A stretch of 49,744 nt of DNA from Candidatus Eiseniibacteriota bacterium (GTDB taxonomy: Bacteria > Arandabacterota > Arandabacteria > Arandabacterales > Arandabacteraceae): NCBI GenBank assembly GCA_043810925.1, contig JBDRNT010000014.1:1-49744 (forward strand), read 5' to 3'. This document shows positions 27,230 through 35,873 of this stretch, one piece after another. The notes beneath the pieces were generated by a model that did not search any database, was not told the origin of the DNA, and saw nothing but the letters and a program-made list of their open reading frames with translations. A program made the translations under genes and the position numbers. Each line of letters begins with the position of its first letter. Position 1 is the stretch's first letter.

Positions 27230-27889
27230 CCGAGCAGGTTTGTCCAGTTTGATGGAGAGTTCGATGGTGGAGGGGTCCTTTACGTCGCGGAGACTGGCGA
27301 GGAAGCCCTGGATCACGCCTGTAAGCGAAGTCTGAACGAAGTCGTTCATCCGGACGGGTCTGCCGTCTACCAGAAGCGTTGCCTGCCTGCCGGGCTCGCG
27401 GAGGATGCCTTCCTTGAGCAGGAACTCACAGAGACTATCGATCTCGTCAATTGTGTAGGCGGGGCAACCATGAGGCCGGGCGCCACGATAGACGACCGCG
27501 ACCACGTTTTCGATCCCCTCAGGCAGATCATTCCCATCTGAGACGACGGCGATCTTCGCAATACCGGATTGCTTGAAACCTTCAACCACGACGCAGTCGC
27601 ACAGCGAGAGATACCGCCCGGTCACCTGCTCGAGATCATCGTCCTCGCGCCTCAGAACCACGGATAGACCGCCACCGAGCGTAACGGTACACGCGGCTCC
27701 GGCATCGAGGTGCCTGGTCGAATCCTTGGCCCCGGGCTCAAGCGAGACCTCATCGTGAACATGCTTGACCGTCCCGACAACGAAGCCCCCGGCACCAAGT
27801 ACGCGGACAAGACGCTCCACAACCTGGGTCTTCCCGGAGTCTTTCCAGCCGACCACACCGATGATCCTGCCTTTGCTCGATGCCGTCAC
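27227..27889 (-). CDS. mobB: Molybdopterin-guanine dinucleotide biosynthesis protein B
   Basis: VVGWKDSGKT, VGTVKH, KDS.RH..AGA, VVVEGFK, plus a C-terminal extension. Confidence 0.88.
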   Translation of the reverse strand: MTASSKGRIIGVVGWKDSGKTQVVERLVRVLGAGGFVVGTVKHVHDEVSLEPGAKDSTRHLDAGAACTVTLGGGLSVVLRREDDDLEQVTGRYLSLCDCVVVEGFKQSGIAKIAVVSDGNDLPEGIENVVAVVYRGARPHGCPAYTIDEIDSLCEFLLKEGILREPGRQATLLVDGRPVRMNDFVQTSLTGVIQGFLASLRDVKDPSTIELSIKLDKPAR

Positions 27890-27910
27890 GCTATCACCTC
27901 CTCAGCATCT

Positions 27911-28007
27911 TAATTCGGTACCAGCTTGGTAATTTGGACTGTCACCGGATTACTGCTGTGGTCTTCACTGAATCCGCTTTCGAAATTAGTAAGCTGGTAC
28001 CGAATTA
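27911..28007. mobile_element. 97-bp non-autonomous MITE-like element sharing ends with the RAYT element
   Basis: Left end TAATTCGGTACCAGCTTGGTAATT (21/24) and right end AATTAGTAAGCTGGTACCGAATTA (23/24) give a 17-bp perfect inverted repeat. An internal motif copy lies at 27931..27952. Confidence 0.8.
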
Positions 28008-28008
28008 T

Positions 28009-29106
28009 CTAGCGGCGGCGGGGCTTGCCGCGCCGCTTGACAACCTGTTTCATCTCTCTAAAAAGTGCGTTGACCGCCTTTGAGGGTGCCACCTTCTTCA
28101 CGATTTCACCCTTCCTGAATATGAGCGCCGTGCCTTTCCCCACCGCAATCCCGACATCCGCCTCACGTGCCTCACCCGGTCCGTTTACAACACAGCCCAT
28201 GATGGCCACCACTGTGGGTTGTGTCTCGCCGGCGAGCTTCTTCTCGACCTGTTTGACGAGTCTCATAAGGTCGACCTCACACCTTCCGCAGGTCGGGCAT
28301 GAAATGATCATAGGACCGCTCTCTCTCAGGAAGAGCGATTTCAGGATCTCCATGCCGACCTCGACCTCATCTTCGACCGGAGCGGTCAGGCTCACTCTTA
28401 TCGTATCACCGATGCCCTCGGCAAGCAGTGTCCCGATGCCCACGGCAGACCTTATCGTACCTGAGGGTGGCGGTCCCGCCTCGGTCACCCCGACATGCAG
28501 AGGGTACCGAAACCGGTTGGCAATCATGCGATAGGTTTCGATGTTCACGGGAACCCTCGATGCCTTAGCCGAGAGAATCAAATCGGTGAACCCTATGTCC
28601 TCAAGAAGCGAGACAGACTTGGATATGCTCTCAACCAGAGCCTCAGGAATCGGGGCGCCGTACTTCTGGAGCAGTGATTTCTCAAGCGACCCGGCGTTTA
28701 CGCCTATTCTCAGTGGGACCTTCTGCCGGCGCGCAGCCTCGGCCGTCCTGATTATGTTCTCCCGGCCGCCGATGTTACCCGGGTTGATCCGCACGCAATC
28801 GATGTCCGCCTCAAGTGCCATCAGGGCCAGTTTGTAGTTAAAGTGTATGTCGGCGATGATCGGCATTTTGGTCTTCTGTTTGATGGGGACAAGGGCCTCG
28901 GCTGCTTCGTAATCCGGTACTGCCACACGCACCAGGTCGCAACCGGTCTTCTCGAGCTTCTTGATCTCCCTTACCGTTGCCCTTACATCACGGGTATCCG
29001 TCTTGGTCATCGATTCGATGGCAATAGGCGACCCGCCGCCAACAGGCACATCCCCCACATAGACCGTCCTTGTCGACTTTCTAACGTAGGATTCTCTGAG
29101 ATGCAA
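28009..29106 (-). CDS. ispG: (E)-4-hydroxy-3-methylbut-2-enyl-diphosphate synthase
   Basis: ADIHF, RINPGNIG, RIGVNAGSL, PLHVGVTEAG, GIGDTIRVSLT, SCPTCGR, MGCVVNGPGEA. Confidence 0.97.
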   Translation of the reverse strand: MHLRESYVRKSTRTVYVGDVPVGGGSPIAIESMTKTDTRDVRATVREIKKLEKTGCDLVRVAVPDYEAAEALVPIKQKTKMPIIADIHFNYKLALMALEADIDCVRINPGNIGGRENIIRTAEAARRQKVPLRIGVNAGSLEKSLLQKYGAPIPEALVESISKSVSLLEDIGFTDLILSAKASRVPVNIETYRMIANRFRYPLHVGVTEAGPPPSGTIRSAVGIGTLLAEGIGDTIRVSLTAPVEDEVEVGMEILKSLFLRESGPMIISCPTCGRCEVDLMRLVKQVEKKLAGETQPTVVAIMGCVVNGPGEAREADVGIAVGKGTALIFRKGEIVKKVAPSKAVNALFREMKQVVKRRGKPRRR

Positions 29107-29127
29107 TTTGCTCCCTCCTTGCCTTAC

Positions 29128-30141
29128 CTACACCGGCGGTTTGAAGTGGTCGAATCCGCCCTTCTCGATGCGGCTCTCCCCATCCCGACCGGCCATTCTG
29201 ACACCGGCGCCTTTTCGAGTTATCTTCCCTATCATGGTAAGTTTAGTCCCCAGCTTTTCCGCGATACCGGCAAGTCTGGCTTCAGCCTTGCTCTCAACAG
29301 TAAAGAGCAACTCATAGTCTTCACCACCGGCGACCGCACATGACAGCGCTTCCTCTCTACCGCCACCGAAGAAATCAATCACGCCCTGTCCGACCGGAAT
29401 CTCTTCGGCTTCAAGAACCGCACCCACATTGCTCGCATCGAGGATATGCCAGAGATCGGAGATGAGTCCGTCGCTTATGTCTATCATCGAAGAAGGCTGA
29501 AGGGCCTGAACGATGGCACGCGATTCATTGATCCTGGCGAGAGGCCGCCGGAACTTCCCGACACAGGCCTCTCCGGCGCTTCCCGTGTCCGGAACTCGTC
29601 CTTCCCTGAGATACTTAAGCCCCACCGATGCCTCCCCAAGTGAACCGGTCACGACTATGATATCACCATCCCGGGCACCCGACCTCAGTACCACTTCGTC
29701 CCGCTCGCAGGTGCCGGACAGCGTTATCGATACTGCAAATGGGCCTCTGGTTCTGACTATGTCGCCGCCGACAACGGAGACCCCCGTCACCTCACCACAT
29801 GCGTCAAGACCGTCGTAGAGCTCATCGGCCTGCTTCGTAGTAAAATCGAGAGGGAGAAACAGCGTCACCACGGCATGCCTCGGTACTCCCCCCATGGCGG
29901 CAACATCACTCACATTAACCGCAAGGGCCTTCCAACCGACGTCCTCCATACTGAGCCAGCCGTCCTCGTAATGAGAGCCTTCGACAAGACAGTCGGTGGT
30001 AAGTACCTCGAGCACAGGGCCGCGTCTTATGACTGCGCAATCATCCCCTATGCCGACCACAACATCCTCGTTATGCGCGGCCTTCCGCGCCCTTATCCGT
30101 TCGATGAGACCGAATTCGCCTATGTCGGTGACCTTGGCCAT
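29128..30141 (-). CDS. thiL: Thiamine-monophosphate kinase
   Basis: GEFGLIE, GIGDDCA, NVSDVAAMGG, VGGD, IDISDGL, GGEDYELLF, GFDHF. Confidence 0.96.
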   Translation of the reverse strand: MAKVTDIGEFGLIERIRARKAAHNEDVVVGIGDDCAVIRRGPVLEVLTTDCLVEGSHYEDGWLSMEDVGWKALAVNVSDVAAMGGVPRHAVVTLFLPLDFTTKQADELYDGLDACGEVTGVSVVGGDIVRTRGPFAVSITLSGTCERDEVVLRSGARDGDIIVVTGSLGEASVGLKYLREGRVPDTGSAGEACVGKFRRPLARINESRAIVQALQPSSMIDISDGLISDLWHILDASNVGAVLEAEEIPVGQGVIDFFGGGREEALSCAVAGGEDYELLFTVESKAEARLAGIAEKLGTKLTMIGKITRKGAGVRMAGRDGESRIEKGGFDHFKPPV

Positions 30142-30142
30142 G

Positions 30143-31348
30143 CTACACGTCCTTCTCCCGGCTCAAGTACCGGTAGGCCGAATATGCCAGAGCGGCAACA
30201 CCCAGCTTCAGCACAGGTTCGTCGATGTCGAATCGTGAGCTGTGAAGTGATTCGCTGCTGTCCTTCTTCTTATTTCCCACACCCACGAACATGAATGTAC
30301 CCGGTACCTGCCGGGCGTAGTATGCAAAGTCCTCACCACCCATCCTGAGCTCCTTGGTCTCAGTCACCCGGGACTTGCCGAGAATGTCGATACAGGCACG
30401 CCTCACAAGGCCCGAGAACTTCTCGTCACACACGATAGGCGGGTATCCGGCCATGAATTCAAACCTACCCTCCGCCCCAAAGCCGGAACATGTACCATGG
30501 AGCAACTTCTTGATCATCGCCGGCACCCGCCGCCTGAGGTCGGCCGTCTTCGTCCTTATGGTCCCCACCATCTCGACAGTCCCGGCGATTATGTTGTCGC
30601 GTTCACCACCGCTTATCTTGCCTATGGAGACAACCACGTTATCGAGACCGCTGACCCTTCTGGATACCACCGTCTGTAGCGCGGTGATAAACTGCGCGGC
30701 AACAACTATTGCATCCACGCACTCATGCGGGTTCGAGCCATGCCCGCCCCTTCCGACGATTGTCACCTTGAAATCATCCGCCGCGGCCGATATCGCACCT
30801 TCGTTGAATGCGATCTTGCCGCTGGGTACGGATGCTACCACATGGGCGCCGATTATGGCACCGACCTTCGGCGATCTCAAGGCCCCGTCTCTGATCATAC
30901 TGAGGGCCCCCCCGGGAGGGGTCTCCTCACCGGGCTGAAAGATCAGTCTCACCCGTCCCGGCAAATCGCTTCCGAGCCGTTTAAGTACGAGCCCGGCGCC
31001 GAGGACCATTGCCATGTGGGCGTCGTGACCGCAGGCATGCATGAAACCTCTGTTGCGTGACGCGAAACTGAGCCCGGTGTCCTCGGCTATGTTGAGGGCA
31101 TCCATATCCGATCTCAGGGCAATCGTCCTGCCCCTGGAGCCCTTGACGTCGGCGACGACACCGGTACCGCCTACGCCACGCTTGAAACCGATCTTTGCTC
31201 CTTTAAGGTACGAGCAGATCTTTGTCTGGGTTTGGTGCTCGGCAAAGGATGGTTCGGGGATGCGGTGAAACGCACGTCTCATCGAGATAAACCTGGCTTC
31301 CATTCCGTCACAGAGTGACAGGATGGTTTCCTTCAAGACGCACCCCAC
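30143..31348 (-). CDS. M20D family amidohydrolase
   Basis: H..PE, RSDMDAL, MHACGHDAH, FQPGEE, GGHGS.PH, GEDFAYY. Confidence 0.93.
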   Translation of the reverse strand: MGCVLKETILSLCDGMEARFISMRRAFHRIPEPSFAEHQTQTKICSYLKGAKIGFKRGVGGTGVVADVKGSRGRTIALRSDMDALNIAEDTGLSFASRNRGFMHACGHDAHMAMVLGAGLVLKRLGSDLPGRVRLIFQPGEETPPGGALSMIRDGALRSPKVGAIIGAHVVASVPSGKIAFNEGAISAAADDFKVTIVGRGGHGSNPHECVDAIVVAAQFITALQTVVSRRVSGLDNVVVSIGKISGGERDNIIAGTVEMVGTIRTKTADLRRRVPAMIKKLLHGTCSGFGAEGRFEFMAGYPPIVCDEKFSGLVRRACIDILGKSRVTETKELRMGGEDFAYYARQVPGTFMFVGVGNKKKDSSESLHSSRFDIDEPVLKLGVAALAYSAYRYLSREKDV

Positions 31349-31375
31349 TTTCCCGCGAAGGGAGAGTTGCTTGAG

Positions 31376-32923
31376 CTACTCCAGGACCATGGTTGCGAGA
31401 GCCTCCGGTATCATGGCCGAGAGTTCACCGGCAAGGTACCCGAAATAGCCCCTTTCCTCAAGCAACATATCGCCCAGGAGGCCATGAATGAAGACACCCG
31501 AGCAGGCAGCCTCAACCGGGCTGACTTTCTGGGCCAGAAGGCCTGCGATTATACCTGTGAGCACATCTCCCGAGCCCGCGGTCGCAAGTCCCTGGTTACC
31601 CATGGGATTTATGAATACGTCTCCGTCCGGATCGGCAATCACGGTCGGAGCGCCCTTGAGCACCATCACCACACCGAGATCCCGTGCGACGCTCCGGGCA
31701 AAATCAATCGGCTGCGAGACTATATCACGCTTGTCAATCCCGAGGAGCCTCGATGCCTCACCCGCATGAGGTGTAATCACCAGTGGGAACTTCAAGCCCT
31801 TGAGCTTCCCGGCATCCCCCGCGAATGCGTTGATCCCGTCGGCGTCGAGCACACAGGGTCTGCCGACCCGCGGCAAGAGTTCTTGTATGAGACTCACGGT
31901 CTCATCATTTTGAGATAGTCCGGGACCGATTGCCACGGCATCAACTTTCTTGATAAGACTCATAAGCTGCTGCTTCGCCGTAAGAGCGAGGGTCCCTTCA
32001 GGTGTTTCATCGACAGGAAGGGTCATTACTTCCGTCAGCTTCATCTCCATTACCGCATTGAGGCTCCGCGGTATGGCAAGGGTCACCACGCCCGCCCCCA
32101 CCCTGAGGGCTGACACGGATGTAAGTGCGGCCGCTCCGGTGAAACCCGTGGATCCGCAGATTGCCGCAACTGAGCCGCAGGTCCACTTGTGCGCCTGTGG
32201 CGACCGCTCGGGAAGCGCGGCCTGTATGTCGGGTTTCGTCAGTACAAACGTATCAGGATTGGATGTGACGATAACTTCCGGGGGGACCCCAATGTCGTGG
32301 ACGATCAACTCGCCCGAGAGCGCCCTCCCGGGAAAGAGCAAGTGTCCCCGCTTGGGAAGCGCCATTGTCACGGTAATGTCCGCCTCGACTGCAAGCGTAG
32401 CCTCCCCGGTCGACGCGTTAACGCCGGAGGGGATATCTACGGCAACAGTCGGGGCAGGGCAGCCGTTTATTATTTCGATCACGTCCCGGCTAAGACCGCG
32501 CGGGCTGCCTGCAAACCCGGTCCCGAAGATCGCGTCCACAATTACATGGGCGCCTGCGAGTGTCTCCTCAAGAGCGGATAGCCCTCCCCTGTCCACTTCA
32601 GTGATCTTGATCCGGTTTCTGACACATCTTTTGAGGTTCGCTTCCGCATCGCCTTTGACCTGCGACGATTTCCCCAGAAGGTAGACACGCGGCCGGTAGC
32701 CTTTCTGCTTGAGAAGCCTGGCGACCACGAAGCCGTCACCGCCGTTATTGTCCTTTCCGCAGATGATGACAATAGCGGACGCCTTCCGAGGCTTGATGTT
32801 TTTGATGATCTCTTCTGCAACACCCTTTCCGGCGTTTTCCATCAGCTTGATACCCGGAACATGGTTACGGATGGTCTCCTTGTCTATGCTCCGCATCTCC
32901 TCGGCAGTCAGAACAGGTATCAA
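31376..32923 (-). CDS. nnr: Bifunctional NAD(P)H-hydrate repair enzyme (epimerase/dehydratase)
   Basis: LMENAG, NNGGDG, VDAIFGTG, DIPSG, GPGL, LDADG, TPHAGE, LATAGSGDVLTG. Confidence 0.95.
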   Translation of the reverse strand: MIPVLTAEEMRSIDKETIRNHVPGIKLMENAGKGVAEEIIKNIKPRKASAIVIICGKDNNGGDGFVVARLLKQKGYRPRVYLLGKSSQVKGDAEANLKRCVRNRIKITEVDRGGLSALEETLAGAHVIVDAIFGTGFAGSPRGLSRDVIEIINGCPAPTVAVDIPSGVNASTGEATLAVEADITVTMALPKRGHLLFPGRALSGELIVHDIGVPPEVIVTSNPDTFVLTKPDIQAALPERSPQAHKWTCGSVAAICGSTGFTGAAALTSVSALRVGAGVVTLAIPRSLNAVMEMKLTEVMTLPVDETPEGTLALTAKQQLMSLIKKVDAVAIGPGLSQNDETVSLIQELLPRVGRPCVLDADGINAFAGDAGKLKGLKFPLVITPHAGEASRLLGIDKRDIVSQPIDFARSVARDLGVVMVLKGAPTVIADPDGDVFINPMGNQGLATAGSGDVLTGIIAGLLAQKVSPVEAACSGVFIHGLLGDMLLEERGYFGYLAGELSAMIPEALATMVLE

Positions 32924-33324
32924 GCCTTCACCTCCGGGGAAGTAACCACGATGGCAACTGCAAGTTCTCGATCATGTGAAATGCTGAGGGCGGCTCTCTC
33001 AGCGGCCAGGGCCTGCCTGGCCGGGCCGTGGGCGACCAGTTCCGGGTTTCCATTCTCACCGATCACGACCTCTATGTGCTTGAATCCGATCCCGCCGATG
33101 TTCCTCGGCGACACGGCCTTGAAGAAGGCCTCCTTCGCGGCAAACCGCGCAGCCAGTGACAAACCGGGCCGCGCCTTGCTCGTAGAATAGGCGATCTCAC
33201 CATCGGTGAAAACCCGCTTCAGGAACTTCGTCCCCCACCTGTCGACCATGCGCTCAATCCTGGCAACGGAAACGAGATCTATGCCTACACCGAGCTCCGG
33301 TCTATTTGTCACTCCGTTGTCCAT
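32920..33324 (-). CDS. acpS: Holo-[acyl-carrier-protein] synthase
   Basis: GVGIDLV, FT..E, LAARFAAKEAF.KA, SISHD. The start was reassigned to the ATG at 33324. Confidence 0.93.
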   Translation of the reverse strand: MDNGVTNRPELGVGIDLVSVARIERMVDRWGTKFLKRVFTDGEIAYSTSKARPGLSLAARFAAKEAFFKAVSPRNIGGIGFKHIEVVIGENGNPELVAHGPARQALAAERAALSISHDRELAVAIVVTSPEVKA

Positions 33325-33331
33325 CGTCGGT

Positions 33332-33360
33332 ATCATATTGGAGCGGCACCTGCGTTTCAA
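33332..33360 (-). promoter_or_regulatory. sigma70 promoter of the acpS-nnr operon (predicted leaderless mRNA)
   Basis: TTGAAA-N17-TATGAT, then 7 nt to the ATG at 33324; no SD. Confidence 0.65.
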
Positions 33361-33389
33361 GGATGATATGACCGCTTCCGTACAAATAA

Positions 33390-33419
33390 GGCGGGCAAAG
33401 GGCATCACCCTTACCCGCC
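33390..33419 (-). terminator. Probable intrinsic terminator
   Basis: Minus strand GGCGGGTAAGGG-TGATG-CCCTTTGCCCGCC followed by TTATTT. Confidence 0.55.
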
Positions 33420-33523
33420 GAAAAGAGATCAGAGAATGCTGCTATTCGCCTGAACCATCCGCAGCTTTCGTATGGGCTTTTAAAGACGTCTTTTTCAATA
33501 ACACAGGACTAATTGGCGAAATG

Positions 33524-33715
33524 CTATTTCATGGACTGGCCTATCGTCCGCCCGACACTTATCTCTCCATTATCAATCCTGAGATTGAACCCGCACTCAG
33601 GATTGGAGCACACCCATGCTTTGTAGGTAATGGGTGCCCCTTCACGACCGTAATCGGATAGGGGTATAAGGACCCCGTCGTGACACTTCCTGCATTTGGG
33701 GAATGAACCGTCCAT
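33524..33715 (-). CDS. Small Zn-ribbon-like protein (63 aa)
   Basis: CRKC...WVCSNPEC; GGGAGG RBS before the ATG at 33715; has its own promoter. Confidence 0.75.
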   Translation of the reverse strand: MDGSFPKCRKCHDGVLIPLSDYGREGAPITYKAWVCSNPECGFNLRIDNGEISVGRTIGQSMK

Positions 33716-33806
33716 TACGCTGACCTCCCATCCCTTCTCATTCACAGTTGCATTGGTCTCCTGCATAAGTCCTCTCATACCACCTTGACCAGTCCTGACT
33801 TCATAG

Positions 33807-33836
33807 AATATAGCATTGCCGCCGCCCAATAGTCAA
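33807..33836 (-). promoter_or_regulatory. sigma70 promoter for the small Zn-ribbon gene
   Basis: TTGACT-N18-(TGn)TATATT. Confidence 0.6.
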
Positions 33837-33847
33837 GCAGCCCGGCA

Positions 33848-34513
33848 CTATCGGCGCCGCTTTCCTTCAAGATTGACCCGCCTCCATTCCCTCTCCCAGG
33901 CATGCACTCTCGAGCCCGCACAGCGGACCGGCTCGGGCATGCGTGTTTCCTTTGCGCATGCTTTGACAAGTGCGGATGCATCCTTGAAGGTCACCAGATG
34001 CCCCGCAATAACGCCGACCCGGGTCTTGTGTCCCCGTATCTTGATCGATCCGGCCCTCTTCACACCCTCCCATTTGGAGAGCGACTTCAAATTGCTTGAC
34101 CTGTCGCTAACACCGATCGAGGGCCTCCCGGCGATCACGCCGACATAGCTTGCCAGTATCAACTCTTCCCTGAGCGAGAGTTCCTTTATCATGATCAAGT
34201 CGGTCTTCTGCTTGAGCATCTTGAGCACGCTGAGAACCAGCGGCACCAGGCTCACGTTTCCGAGCTCCGTCAGAACGGCGTCATCGAGCTCATCAGTTGC
34301 AATCGCCTCTTCAAGCACGACCAGCTTCGGGTAGGACAAGAGAGAAGCACAGACATGTATTTTCGCTGCCGCCGGTGTGAGCACTATATCGATCCCAGCG
34401 ATCCTCCGAATGCTTTTCGGCGCGGCCTTGAACTTGATTCTCCGCTCAACGCGCTCCTTCAGTGTAAGCAGCTCCCTTGCCCTCAGATCCTTGAGTGCAG
34501 CTACCTCAGCCAT
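33848..34513 (-). CDS. Endonuclease V-like protein with degenerate active site
   Basis: IAGID, LLSYP.L, LASYVGV...RPSIGV, GH.V, RMPEPVR. The start at ATG 34513 (GGAGG RBS) overlaps the upstream stop. Confidence 0.75.
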   Translation of the reverse strand: MAEVAALKDLRARELLTLKERVERRIKFKAAPKSIRRIAGIDIVLTPAAAKIHVCASLLSYPKLVVLEEAIATDELDDAVLTELGNVSLVPLVLSVLKMLKQKTDLIMIKELSLREELILASYVGVIAGRPSIGVSDRSSNLKSLSKWEGVKRAGSIKIRGHKTRVGVIAGHLVTFKDASALVKACAKETRMPEPVRCAGSRVHAWEREWRRVNLEGKRRR

Positions 34514-35690
34514 CCCGTCCCTCCAGGTTCCGTGACCATCGTCTGTAATCCCGCAGGGTGAAGTCCGTCCTACCCCCGCCCTTGCCCATTGCAAGGTCGT
34601 CTATGCCGCATGAAGCTTCCATGCAGCCGAGACATGCACCGGCACACTCGGCGGCCGGCTCGAACCTTCCGGCCCGCTTCACATATACCGGGACATCAGT
34701 CCCTTCGCAGTTCGTTGAGCTCATGAACTCCCTGTTGAGACCGACGGGCCTGTCACCCGCAAGTTCATACTCCATGCACAGCGCAAATGTGATACCCCGC
34801 GCTTCGCAGAGATTGCGAAGTACATCGAAGATTCTCTTTCGATACTCGATACTCGCATGCAGATAACCATCTATCTGTTCGGTATAAACCCTTACGAGAT
34901 CGTAACCGAATCCTACACCCAGCAGATTGAACTTTGCAAATACTTCTTTCGCGATCTTCGTTGGTATGTCCATCACGCTGGTGATTACGTGCCGCGCACC
35001 GGAGTCGATTCCCCTGTCAACAAGTTGCCTGAGGTCTGCTTTGGAGTCTGTGAGAAATGGGACCACCGGGTCTATCCTCAGAACAACCGGTAGTCCCGCT
35101 ACCGCGCATTCGGTCATCGATGAGAAGATCTGTTCCACACTTGCACCCCGCTTCATAAGCTGCGATCGAACACCTTCATTCGGAGTGGAAAGTGAGAATT
35201 GGCCGAATGAGTGGGCTTGGGTTTTCATGAGATCGATCACGGACCGGGGTACAACACACTTTGTGATGAACTCGATCGGGATGTTCCGGCTCACGAACTC
35301 CCTGACGATCTTCTCCGATAACCGGTACCTGGAGTCCACCGCCTGAAACGGATCACAAACCGGCGAGAGATAACCGCAGGAGGCGACGCGCAGCGAGTCC
35401 AGCTGATCGGCGACGGCTCTGTCGAAGTCCTCAAACACGGTGACGATCCCCGTATCGTTGAACAACCGGAAGTAGGCCGCGGGCAGCGCCCGCGCATAGC
35501 AGAAGATGCAACCCACGGAGCACCCGTTATAGGGATTCGCGAGCATCCTCTCGCCGGTACACTCCCGCTTACCCTTCCACCAGCCGTGAAGCTCCTTCCG
35601 CGATGGGACGAGAATGTGAGGATACGGTTTCTCGATCACGGCGAACTGCCTGATGGTCCTCCCGATTTTGAGGCCGACCTTCTTTGCCAA
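34506..35690 (-). CDS. Radical SAM protein, spore photoproduct lyase-like family
   Basis: NPYNGCSVGCIFCYA (CxxxCxxC), DPFQ..D, ITK, LRIDPVVP.LTD; Cys-rich C-terminus. Confidence 0.85.
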   Translation of the reverse strand: MAKKVGLKIGRTIRQFAVIEKPYPHILVPSRKELHGWWKGKRECTGERMLANPYNGCSVGCIFCYARALPAAYFRLFNDTGIVTVFEDFDRAVADQLDSLRVASCGYLSPVCDPFQAVDSRYRLSEKIVREFVSRNIPIEFITKCVVPRSVIDLMKTQAHSFGQFSLSTPNEGVRSQLMKRGASVEQIFSSMTECAVAGLPVVLRIDPVVPFLTDSKADLRQLVDRGIDSGARHVITSVMDIPTKIAKEVFAKFNLLGVGFGYDLVRVYTEQIDGYLHASIEYRKRIFDVLRNLCEARGITFALCMEYELAGDRPVGLNREFMSSTNCEGTDVPVYVKRAGRFEPAAECAGACLGCMEASCGIDDLAMGKGGGRTDFTLRDYRRWSRNLEGRDG

Positions 35691-35718
35691 AGTCTGTCCC
35701 CCGTATTGAGTGTCAGCC

Positions 35719-35833
35719 GTAACGGCGGGGTTTCATCCCGGACGAACCTCACGTCGAGCGCAGACGCCCGACATTACAATCTTCGCCAAGTGCTTCCCAC
35801 CGTTAGTGGTGGCATCGGTTTTCCGCCCCGACG
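35719..35833. repeat. Degenerate GTAG/GTGG-type REP doublet plus single unit
   Basis: GTAACGGCGGGGTTTCATCCCGGACG...CGTCGAGCGCAGACGCCCGACATTAC (35719..35777) and GTGGCATCGGTTTTCCGCCCCGACG (35809..35833). Confidence 0.55.
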
Positions 35834-35847
35834 ATCCAAGTTCCAGC

Positions 35848-35873
35848 AATTAAGTATGGTGTCACCGAAATTA
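35848..35873 (-). repeat. Variant RAYT-end motif abutting a stop codon
   Basis: Minus strand TGA|TAATTTCGGTGACACCATACTTAATT. Confidence 0.65.

Noticed and set aside
33325-33408. N-terminal extension of AcpS in the ORF track (likewise for MlaD, RemA, the EndoV-like protein and DUF2207)
   Set aside because: The extensions run through promoter or upstream-gene sequence; downstream starts fit RBS/promoter positions and family length better.
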